A stretch of 63,964 nt of DNA, counting the filler, from Thraustochytrium aureum (Eukaryota), in assembly GCA_012862495.1 (NCBI GenBank). It is 5 parts of 4 records of this genome, joined end to end, with 100 filler letters (N's around TTAATTAATTAA, not from the genome) between each part and the next. Parts side by side here need not be neighbours in the genome. Positions count along the whole stretch, not along the records: positions 29,343 to 60,963 come from BLSG01000422.1; 4 more parts are not named here. The stretch is one strand, 5' to 3'. Under the pieces are notes generated by a model that saw nothing but the letters and a program-made list of their open reading frames with translations, was not told the origin of the DNA and ran no database searches. How positions within the stretch are numbered: position 1 is the stretch's first letter; each line of letters begins with the position of its first letter. The position numbers and the translations under genes are program-made. Shown one piece after another: positions 35,901 to 46,200 of the stretch.

Positions 35901-38900
35901 GAGTTGGGCGAGTTGGGCGAGTTGGAATCGCCGGGGTTGGCCGAGGCCCCTGTCCCTGCGCCCGCGCCAAGGCCGCGCGGATTTGCGCCGGAGGGCGACC
36001 CATCGCGATTGAACGCGCTTGGAGAGAAGAGCGCGTCGCCGAGGTCGAGGCTCGCTCCTGGCCCAGCGCCGAAGGAGCGCCGCTTCGCGGACGTACTCGG
36101 GTAAAAGTACCGCCGCGTCGCGCCGTTCTGGGTGGACAGCGCCTTTTCCAGGTTCTGCTTTTGGAGCCGCGCCTGCATGCTTTCGAACTCGGTTTCGCCG
36201 GCAGTGTACTCGAGCGTGGCCTCCTCTTTGCGCTTCTTCGCCCTCTCCATCGAGGCTTTGCGAATAATGATCTTTTTCATGTGGGCGTCCTCAGATTCGC
36301 TCAGGCCGGCGTACTGGCTGCGGAGCGCTCGAATGATCTCTCGCAGAGGACTGCAAACGGCCGCGCTGATCTCGTCTGCCATGTCGCCCAGAACCTTGGC
36401 CGTCTCGTCCGTCTCGACGATAAGCCCAAGCCAAACCTTGTCCCGCAAGAAAGGGTTGGGGTCGAGGGTACCGTCGAAAGCGCTCACCTTGGCCCCCGAA
36501 GCCCCGTCTGGGCGCCGGCAGAGTTTGGCGAGGGTCGAGCGAAACACCGTGAGCTCGCCCACGATGCTCTCCAGCAGCTTGAGCAGCTCTTCCACGTCAT
36601 GCAAGCCCGAGTTGGCGTGGTTTTTCACGAAGCGAAAGCGCGACTTGAAGAGCCGCTGCTTGGTATAAAAGTTGAGGTAGACGGACTCGAGCACGTGCGA
36701 GACCTTGTTGGCGTCGCGCAGGAGGTGCGATCCGCGTCGGACGCGAATCAGGCTCGGCACTGTCTTTGGCTTTGGCAGCCCGCGCCACGACAGCTTGAGC
36801 GGAAAGCTGCTTGAACTCATCTTGAAGGGGCCCGCCCCGACGTATTCTAGGCTGGCTTTCGGCGCAGGCACAACGTAGTCCTGGCGGTTCGTCTGCGAGG
36901 TGTCTTCGAGGAACGAAGCCTTGATCGAGTGCTTGCTGTCGCGGGCTTCACCTGCGGCGGCCGCGGCGGCGTCGCCAGCGGCTCCGCCGTCAACGGGGCT
37001 ATTTAGCGCCGCCGTTGTCTCGGCGCGCGTCACACCGAGGTGGTCGATCCAGGCATCAAACAGCATGATCTCAAAGTTGCGCTCAGCGGCAAAGATGCGG
37101 TCCTCAAAGAACATTTGCATCATCTGCGTGGTGACGAACTGGTCGAGGAATTCAGGACACGTGCTGCTCTCCTGGTGCTCACGGATGAACGTGGTGCGGT
37201 CAATAAGCTCGTCCAAGCCCGACTCGAAGCCGCCCATGTACTTGCGGTAGTCGCCGATCAGGTAGACAAAGAACTCGAGGAAGGACTTGCGCACCGCGTT
37301 GTTGAATGTCTCCGTGTTCGCGTCACCCACGTACGTCTTTTCCTTGGAAATGTCTTCCTCGAGAAAGTCCGTGTACGGTGGTCGCGCCTTTGGGGCCGCG
37401 CCTGGGAGGCTTGGCTCGCGTGCTATGGCGTCCTGAAACTGGCGGCGCCGGCGCCGGCTCCCGCGGCGCTCACGCGGGCCAACACCCGAGCCGTCCAGCT
37501 TTTCGATCGGGTCCTTGCTGTCCTTCTGGTAGACCTGCCGGCTGAGCGAGTTCCAGAGGCGGTCGATGCACGATGTCGGCCCGCTGGGCATCTCGCGCCC
37601 ATTTATGGGAAGCTCGACGATGTTATTGTCAAGGTCGACGTACACGACCGAGTCGCGAAAGTCGGGGTTGGCCTCAGCCTGGGCGCGGTGAATCCCCACC
37701 ATTACGGCGACCGGGGCGTACAGAAACTCCATCATCTGCGGGTGGTCGGGCAGAATTGGGATGAACGGATTTTGCCACGAGAGCGGGAACAAGAGCGCCT
37801 GGAGCCCTGTGGCTACTGTCGAGAGCAGGTCGAGCCGGTCGGAGACGAAAACAATCGTGTACTCGAGGATGGCGGCGAGGAAGACCGTGAGCAGCTTGTT
37901 GGCGCCAAGGCACTCGAAGATTGGGCGCAGCGAGACGTTTAAAAGCGGGAGCCGATTGAGCGGCGGCCGCGAGCAGCTGAAGTTGAACGGCTGGTTCTCG
38001 TGCAGCTTGAAGAGAACCCTGAATTTGCCTGGTGGTGGCTCGGGCACCTCGCGGACGAGGTGCATGATGCACCGCTCCAACGGCACGGGGAGGGAAACCT
38101 TTGTCCTCACGATAGCAAGCATCTCTCGCAGCACTGCCTCGAACAGGGTGTACATGGGCCACGTGGACAGGAGCATGGTGCAGCGCGGTTCGTACAGTTC
38201 GCACCCGTCCACGATCTGCTCCCAAAACACTTCGAAGTGCCCCGCGAGCGCTTGTGTGGCCGCGAGCCTAATCTCGCGGCAGCTCTGCAGGGGGTCGTCG
38301 TCTTCGGCGTCCAGCCCGTCGTCGGGCCCGTCGTCGGGCCCGTGGCCGGCGGCGCTCGCCGGTTCCGGAGCTCCGCAGCTACCGGGCGAAGCCAACCCTG
38401 CGCATGCAGAGGCGGCAGAGTTTGAGTTTGTCTCTGCGGCGCCACCAGTGTTCTCGCCCTGGCTTTTGGGCTCCTCGGCGGAGTCGCGCCCTTCCGAGGT
38501 GCCGCTCAAGAGGTCGTCATCGATCGACACGAGGCTGGGAACAGACTCGTCGTCCGAGGCATCGTGGTTGTTGTCTGGTTCCTGGGGCTCCTCGCTCGCC
38601 CGTCGCCGGTCGCTCCACCGCCGATGGAGTCGCGAGCAAGAGCTGCGGCAGCGGTAGCAGCAGCGGCAGATCGCTCTGCCTGGAGGCGCCGCTTTCCAAC
38701 CAAAGCACGCAAGCTGGCCACGTACTCTTCCGACATGAGGGCCTCAAACGTGGCAGGGTGCGCCTCGAGGTACTCGTGCAAGAGGCGGTCCAGCCCCTCT
38801 TGCACCGTGTCGAGGTATAGCGCCTCCTCAATGGCTCTGCCGTTCGCGTTCTTCGCCGCATCATCGAGGATCGACTCGAACCTCAGGCAGAACTGAAACC

Positions 38901-39702
38901 AAACGACCTCGTTGTCCAGCCCCGGCTGGCTCATGAGGTAGTCTTGGAACTCGTGCATCGCCCAGTCGCTCTTGCGCTTAGAGGGGCTGAGGACGTGCTC
39001 CAGCGAGGGTCGGACGAATAGCCGCTTGGACGCGTCGGGGATCGGCTCGAAAAAGGTGAGGCAGGTCGCGAAGACCATCGTGTGGTCCCCCTTGGTCATC
39101 GTGAACGAATGGCACGTCGTGGCCCGCGTGTTGTCCGCGGCGCTGCGGCGGTTGCGCAGCTCGACACCGATCGGGAAACAAAAGAGGACAGACTCGTCAT
39201 CAAGCGTGATGTCGGCGTAGTCCTTGCGTGGGTATCTGTCGTGGAACCCGAGCGCGAGCGTCTTGCAAAACTCTGCATCATGAAGGTCCAGCTCGCTAAT
39301 TGGGCCGCTCTTTTTGATGGACGACTTCCAGTCGACGCCGGCGATGGCAAAGTACGAGGCGATTGTGTTGGGCCGCTTATTTGGGAGCGGGGGGATCTGC
39401 ACCGGGGCGAGCTGGGGCTCGCCCCCAGAGCTCTTGCTCTGGCTCCCATGCTGCTTTGGGGATGCCAGTGCGCTGGACATGTATACAGAATCCGCCCCGT
39501 CCGAGAACTCGCCAGGAGAGTCCAAACCCAAAAGAGCAGCTGATAGGCCGTCTTCGATTGGAGGCAACACCGTCCCTGAGCCATGGAGGCCGCTCTGGGC
39601 CCCATCTGCCCTGCCTTTTGCGTCCTCTTGCTCGGCACCGGTGTCGCCGTCGCTCGGCAAATCGCTCAAAACTGCAAGCCCTGGGTCCGCACCAGACGCC
39701 AT
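29924..39702 (-). CDS. Giant DENN-domain (Rab GEF) protein with RGS-like insertion and four F-BAR-like domains; frameshifts at about 38600, 34740 and 33025, N gap 30909-31195
   Basis: uDENN YFAIAG..DRYP..LFCFPIG..HSFTMT..FATCLTFFE; cDENN PRCTMLLS.WP, LRPIFECLG, LLFPLSWQNPFIPILP..APV..GI..VDLD; dDENN VRKSFLEFF..F..TQMMQMFFEDR. Consecutive overlapping minus-strand ORFs continue to the stop at 29924. Confidence 0.8.
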
Positions 39703-39725
39703 GCCTCCAGAAAGCGGCCGTTCTG

Positions 39726-39777
39726 CCCTATTCGCGCCTATTCGCGCCCAATCGCGCCTACTCGCGCCTATTCGCGC
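39726..39777 (+). repeat. 10-bp tandem repeat (TTCGCGCCTA) x5 just upstream of the DENN gene start
   Basis: gcccta ttcgcgccta ttcgcgccca atcgcgccta ctcgcgccta ttcgcgc. Confidence 0.8.
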
Positions 39778-42056
39778 AGCGCGCGCGCTTCCCCACGATT
39801 TACGCAGACAAGCACTGTTGCGCGCGGTCCGGACGCTATCGAAACAGTCTGGCTTCACGCCGAGAGGCGCCGCTTGCGACCAACCGCCTCCTGGTCTGCT
39901 CTTCTGCCGCGAGGCTTTCGTCCCGAGTCCGGGGCCGGCAGCCTCCTCCGAGGTCCCGCACGGCCTTCCGCCGGCGTTTCGCCAGGTCCGCCAGCGCGAT
40001 CGAGTCCGGCGCGCGGGGGAACGGGGGGAGGGGGGCTGGCGCTTATTGCTCTGGGACGGAAGGCCCTGGCGTTGCGCCTTTTCCGTAGCGTTCGCGACGC
40101 CAAGCCAAACCGTTCGCCGCGGCACGGGGCGGCGCACGCGGTCCGTCGGATGCTGGCGAGCGAGCCGCTCGTCGCCAGGCCAAAGCAGCAGTGCGGAGGC
40201 TCCTCCCCGCTCGGGCGCCCGACTCGCGTTCCTGCTCTGCCGCCGACTTCGGCCAACCCGCGCACTCGTCCTCGTCACCAGCAACCCCCGAGTGACCTTG
40301 CAAACACCGTCTTCCAGGCGGATTCCCACGCCACTCCTCGTCACGTGGGTACACGCGTCGCGACCCGACCCCCGTCACACCCACCCCTGCGTCACGTCGC
40401 GGCCGTCCTCCCGCGTCACTCCCAGCCCCCTCCCCGTCACCAGCAAACCATGGCGCCGCCACCCACGCCACACCACCACCCGTGTCACGCCGTAGCCCTC
40501 CTCCCTCGCAGTCCACTCGCGTCACCCTGCGTACCACCCCATCACCGCCGACCCGCACCGCGACCACCCTCGTCACATCCACCCCGTCCTCGTCACTCCC
40601 ATGCACCCCACCCATTACTCGAGGATACACCGAGGCCACCCGAGCTCTGCCGTTGGCGCAGTTCGTCTCAGAGGGTGATTCGAGGAGGGAGGAGCACGGC
40701 CGTGGGGCAGGAAGGGGGCCAGGATAGTTCGAAGTGAGAGAGGGAGGTGGGCGAAAAGAGAGGGAGGAAGGGGTGCGCGGCAGAGCAGAGCAGCGCCTGC
40801 GACAGAGTCTCGTCAGCGAGAAGCANNNNNNNNNNNNNNNNNNNNNNNNNNNNNNNNNNNNNNNNNNNNNNNNNNNNNNNNNNNNNNNNNNNNNNNNNNN
40901 NNNNNNNNNNNNNNNNNNNNNNNNNNNNNNNNNNNNNNNNNNNNNNNNNNNNNNNNNNNNNNNNNNNNNNNNNNNNNNNNNNNNNNNNNNNNNNNNNNNN
41001 NNNNNNNNNNNNNNNNNNNNNNNNNNNNNNNNNNNNNNNNNNNNNNNNNNNNNNNNNNNNNNNNNNNNNNNNNNNNNNNNNNNNNNNNNNNNNNNNNNNN
41101 NNNNNNNNNNNNNNNNNNNNNNNNNNNNNNNNNNNNNNNNNNNNNNNNNNNNNNNNNNNNNNNNNNNNNNNNNNNNNNNNNNNNNNNNNNNNNNNNNNNN
41201 NNNNNNNNNNNNNNNNNNNNNNNNNNNNNNNNNNNNNNNNNNNNNNNNNNNNNNNNNNNNNNNNNNNNNNNNNNNNNNNNNNNNNNNNNNNNNNNNNNNN
41301 NNNNNNNNNNNNNNNNNNNNNNNNNNNNNNNNNNNNNNNNNNNNNNNNNNNNNNNNNNNNNNNNNNNNNNNNNNNNNNNNNNNNNNNNNNNNNNNNNNNN
41401 NNNNNNNNNNNNNNNNNNNNNNNNNNNNNNNNNNNNNNNNNNNNNNNNNNNNNNNNNNNNNNNNNNNNNNNNNNNNNNNNNNNNNNNNNNNNNNNNNNNN
41501 NNNNNNNNNNNNNNNNNNNNNNNNNNNNNNNNNNNNNNNNNNNNNNNNNNNNNNNNNNNNNNNNNNNNNNNNNNNNNNNNNNNNNNNNNNNNNNNNNNNN
41601 NNNNNNNNNNNNNNNNNNNNNNNNNNNNNNNNNNNNNNNNNNNNNNNNNNNNNNNNNNNNNNNNNNNNNNNNNNNNNNNNNNNNNNNNNNNNNNNNNNNN
41701 NNNNNNNNNNNNNNNNNNNNNNNNNNNNNNNNNNTGCATGCATGACTTGTAACGGAGAGCGCCAGCGCCGAGGCTTGCAGCCACCCTGACGTCGAGCTTG
41801 GGCCGTGCATGCAGGTGTTGAGAAGGTGTTGTCTTGATCAAGCCAGGGTTGACTTGCGTCCACTGCAAAAGAGCGGAAGGAGGCGAAGCCCAAAAAGTCC
41901 CACGGATGCGTCTAGCAGACCTCCATCGAAGCCGAGAAGCGAGAAGCGCGACGCAGCCCGGACACCGCGCCTCAGCCTTAAACGCCACGAGAGGTTCGCT
42001 GTTGGTAGAGCGCGCGGTCTTGCTTCGCTAGGCGCAGGCAGCAGGAAGACGGCGAG

Positions 42057-43052
42057 ATGGGACTCCGCACCAAACTCACCGAGGCTCTGGGCATCGAGCA
42101 CCCCATTCTGTGCGGGGGCATGCAGAATGTCGGGTTTGCAGAGATGGCCGCCGCGGTGAGCAACGCTGGAGCGCTTGGCATGATCACCGGGTTGACGCAG
42201 CCGACGCCGGAGGACCTCCGCAACGAGATTCAGCGCTGCCGCACGCTGACGTCCAAGCCGTTCGGGGTCAACCTCACCATCTTGCCGATGCTCATCCCCG
42301 CCGACTACGACGCGTACATGAAGGTGATCTGCGAGGAGAGAGTGGCTGCCGTCGAGATCTCCGGCGGGAGCCCGCGCAAGTACATGCCCGCGCTCCGCGC
42401 GGCTGGCGTCGTGGTCATCCACAAGTCGGCCACCATCAAGCACGCGCTCAAGGCACAGCAGGACGGTGTCGACTTTATTGAGGTGGCCGGCATGGAGTCG
42501 TCCATCGCTGGCAGGTCTTCCGAGGACGACGTGGGGACCTGGGTTCTGCTTGCCAAGGCCCTCGAGACGCTCAATACCCCGGTGATCGTCAGCGGGGCCT
42601 CCGGGACTGGGCGCCAGCTCGCTGCGGCACTTGCGATGGGCGCGCAAGGAATCACGATGGGCACGCGCTTTCTGGCGACCAAAGAGTGCCCCGTGCACGA
42701 CAACATCAAGCGACGTATCGCTGACCCTGCTGCGGACGAGTTTAGCACGACGCTTGTGCTGCGCAGCTTCAACAACTCGACCCGCGTCATCAAGAACGAT
42801 GTTTCGATGGCCATCCTCGACCTTGAGAAGGAGGCTGACGGGGACTTTAGCAAGATCGCGCACCTCGCAGCTGGCGATAGGACACGGAAAATGTTTCAGC
42901 AGACAGGTGACTGGAACGACGCAATGTGGAGCTGTGGGATGTCGATCGGCCTCATCAACGATGTGCCCACGTGCAAAGAGCTCGTTGCGCGCATAGTGGC
43001 GCAGGCGGAGGAGCGGCTCTCCGCGAGCGCAAAGCTATTGTCGAGGCTATGA
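42057..43052 (+). CDS. Nitronate monooxygenase / 2-nitropropane dioxygenase (FabK-like FMN TIM barrel) family protein
   Basis: TKLTEALGIEHPILCGGM, AAAVSNAGALGMITG, KPFGVNLTILP, AAALAMGAQGITMGTRF, WSCGMSIGLINDVPTC. Confidence 0.92.
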   Translation: MGLRTKLTEALGIEHPILCGGMQNVGFAEMAAAVSNAGALGMITGLTQPTPEDLRNEIQRCRTLTSKPFGVNLTILPMLIPADYDAYMKVICEERVAAVEISGGSPRKYMPALRAAGVVVIHKSATIKHALKAQQDGVDFIEVAGMESSIAGRSSEDDVGTWVLLAKALETLNTPVIVSGASGTGRQLAAALAMGAQGITMGTRFLATKECPVHDNIKRRIADPAADEFSTTLVLRSFNNSTRVIKNDVSMAILDLEKEADGDFSKIAHLAAGDRTRKMFQQTGDWNDAMWSCGMSIGLINDVPTCKELVARIVAQAEERLSASAKLLSRL

Positions 43053-43293
43053 AGCGTGGCGTGGCGGTGCAGCCGAGGCTTGCAATCATCGTCTTGCCGG
43101 GCTCGGCCTCGTCATGGCCTGCCCGCGCGGTTTGGAAGGTTGATCTGAAGGGCTTGCACGGTGCGCTTGAGTACTGGCTGTGCGCGTGCGGACAGGGCTG
43201 CTTCCGGTGGGCCGCGCTGAGGCAACAACAAGTTTAGGAAATCCAAAAGTCACAAAAGCTGCATTGGCCACATCGCGGCGGCTAGCTAGCTAG

Positions 43294-46200
43294 CTAGAGC
43301 GCGGTGTAGACGGCTGCTAGGCGCGTAGCCATCTTGTTTACACGACCGCGAAACGCGCGCACGACGCTCCGAACTGAGTCGTTCTGCAGCTGAAGAATGA
43401 CCTCCTCCTCTGCAAGTGCGTCCACGTAGGCCGACCGGGCACGATTCAAGCCCGAGCCACCTGCCTTGGCCCGCGTAATAGCCTCGTAGTACCGCTCCTT
43501 GTCCTGGCCAACACGGTCGAGTCCGCGCACCGACTTGATGCTCGCAACTGTGGCCCGCTGCGCATCTAACCACCTGCGGTGCGGGCGGAGACCCATCGCC
43601 TGCATCGTCTGCTGCGCTTCGTTCATGCAGACCAAGAGCCGGGCCTGCTCGGACAACAGCTCTTCGACCAAATGTTCGTATGCAGCCACGAGCTCCTCCT
43701 TTCCTAAAGGGCGACGGGCGACCTCGCGCACCCCGCGCGGTTGCATCGCCTCGCCGCTGGCCTCTTCGCTCACCGCGGCTCGAGCATCTGCAAGCGCAGC
43801 AGCTACTATGTTGCTGGAGCGAGCTCTCGCCTTGTCAAACCGAGTCCCGATTCTTGCGCCGACCACTGGCAACGATCGCGCCACCGCCTTGCCCGTTTCG
43901 TCGCGGCCGCGGACCGGCGCGGGGGGCGCGTCTGATGAATCGCTGCTGGACGACGCAAACACCAAGGCGTCGCTTGGCAAGCTGCTCGGCGGCTCACTGG
44001 CCGAGGCCGCCGCCTCTGGCAGCACGGCCTCCTGCGCCCCAGTGANNNNNNNNNNNNNNNNNNNNNNNNNNNNNNNNNNNNNNNNNNNNNNNNNNNNNNN
44101 NNNNNNNNNNNNNNNNNNNNNNNNNNNNNNNNNNNNNNNNNNNNNNNNNNNNNNNNNNNNNNNNNNNNNNNNNNNNNNNNNNNNNNNNNNNNNNNNNNNN
44201 NNNNNNNNNNNNNNNNNNNNNNNNNNNNNNNNNNNNNNNNNNNNNNNNNNNNNNNNNNNNNNNNNNNNNNNNNNNNNNNNNNNNNNNNNNNNNNNNNNNN
44301 NNNNNNNNNNNNNNNNNNNNNNNNNNNNNNNNNNNNNNNNNNNNNNNNNNNNNNNNNNNNNNNNNNNNNNNNNNNNNNNNNNNNNNNNNNNNNNNNNNNN
44401 NNNNNNNNNNNNNNNNNNNNNNNNNNNNNNNNNNNNNNNNNNNNNNNNNNNNNNNNNNNNNNNNNNNNNNNNNNNNNNNNNNNNNNNNNNNNNNNNNNNN
44501 NNNNNNNNNNNNNNNNNNNNNNNNNNNNNNNNNNNNNNNNNNNNNNNNNNNNNNNNNNNNNNNNNNNNNNNNNNNNNNNNNNNNNNNNNNNNNNNNNNNN
44601 NNNNNNNNNNNNNNNNNNNNNNNNNNNNNNNNNNNNNNNNNNNNNNNNNNNNNNNNNNNNNNNNNNNNNNNNNNNNNNNNNNNNNNNNNNNNNNNNNNNN
44701 NNNNNNNNNNNNNNNNNNNNNNNNNNNNNNNNNNNNNNNNNNNNNNNNNNNNNNNNNNNNNNNNNNNNNNNNNNNNNNNNNNNNNNNNNNNNNNNNNNNN
44801 NNNNNNNNNNNNNNNNNNNNNNNNNNNNNNNNNNNNNNNNNNNNNNNNNNNNNNNNNNNNNNNNNNNNNNNNNNNNNNNNNNNNNNNNNNNNNNNNNNNN
44901 NNNNNNNNNNNNNNNNNNNNNNNNNNNNNNNNNNNNNNNNNNNNNNNNNNNNNNNNNNNNNNNNNNNNNNNNNNNTGGTAGAACTGGTGCTGCCAATGGC
45001 GGTGGAGGCGCTGCCGCATCATCCAAATGAGGCCTTGCGCCGCTCGCGCGCGTGCAAGCTTCTGAATCGTGGTTGCCGCTTGGTGATGCCGTCGCAAGTA
45101 GATCGGCCTCGCGAAGAGGTCGCGCCTCTTGGCCCGTGGCGTCGGAATGTCGTCGCCGCGGGTCAAAGCGAGAACAGCCGGCTTGGCCCAAGATCGCGCA
45201 CCCGTACGCTTGTCCACATAATAGTACGCTTTGTTGGAGCTGTCCCATAGCTTGTCAAAGGCAGCTACCACGCGTCGATGCAACGCCTCACGCGCAAACA
45301 TGCCTCTCACCGTGGCTTGGATGGCCAGGGCCGCAGCCTCCCGAATCGAAGCGCGCCGGGCAGCAATCTGCCCCTTCTTGGCCAGGCGAAACGCCTTGTA
45401 CCAGAGATCTTCTGCAAGGGTGTGGCAGACCCTTTCTCTGAGCAGGCATGCGACGCGCTGTTCCTCGGCACGCAGCGCGAGCGATGCGAGGTCCTCTCGC
45501 ATCATCGCCACGGAGTCCCGGCGCCTTTTCGCGCGATGCCGCCCGATCTTGCCCCGTGCCAAGCTCTGTATGCGCATTGCTGCAAGCCTGCGCATCCCCA
45601 AGAGGGCCGCGCTCTGCATCGTCGCAGCGGCCTGGAGCGCGCCAAACTTGACATGGCCGACGTGGGCGCGAATTTCTTTGGAGAGCTGACCAAGAGCAGT
45701 AGAGACGTTTGCTGCCACGAGCCACTGCCACTTGGAATCCGCGAAAATGCTCCATGAAGGGTCCTCGACGCACCGCTGGAGGCTGCTCGGCTCGACGACC
45801 TTGCCAGCCACCCATTCCACGCACGCGAGGGCGTCGGAAAGAGCGTCGTCCCTCCGCTCAAGCCATCGCAGCGCCGAGGTCCAGACATTGACAAGGCCAC
45901 AAAGGTGCTGGTCCTCCTTGGCCCCACAGCCCCAGCGAGCGCACGACTCGGTTCGCTCCAGAGCCTCTCAGAGGCAAAAGCAGGGGCAGCCAGGCCACCG
46001 TGGGCCCACTCGAGGCCGATTCGGATCATTCTTTCGGCATCCGCTTTCAAGCTTTCGGCAGCGTGCAGACGAGCTCGCCTNNNNNNNNNNNNNNNNNNNN
46101 NNNNNNNNNNNNNNNNNNNNNNNNNNNNNNNNNNNNNNNNNNNNNNNNNNNNNNNNNNNNNNNNNNNNNNNNNNNNNNNNNNNNNNNNNNNNNNNNNNNN

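Noticed and set aside
40813..41988. Long ORFs made mostly of X (also around 7900-8700, 44000-45000, 53000-53700, 57300-58600)
   Set aside because: Artefacts of reading through N gaps.
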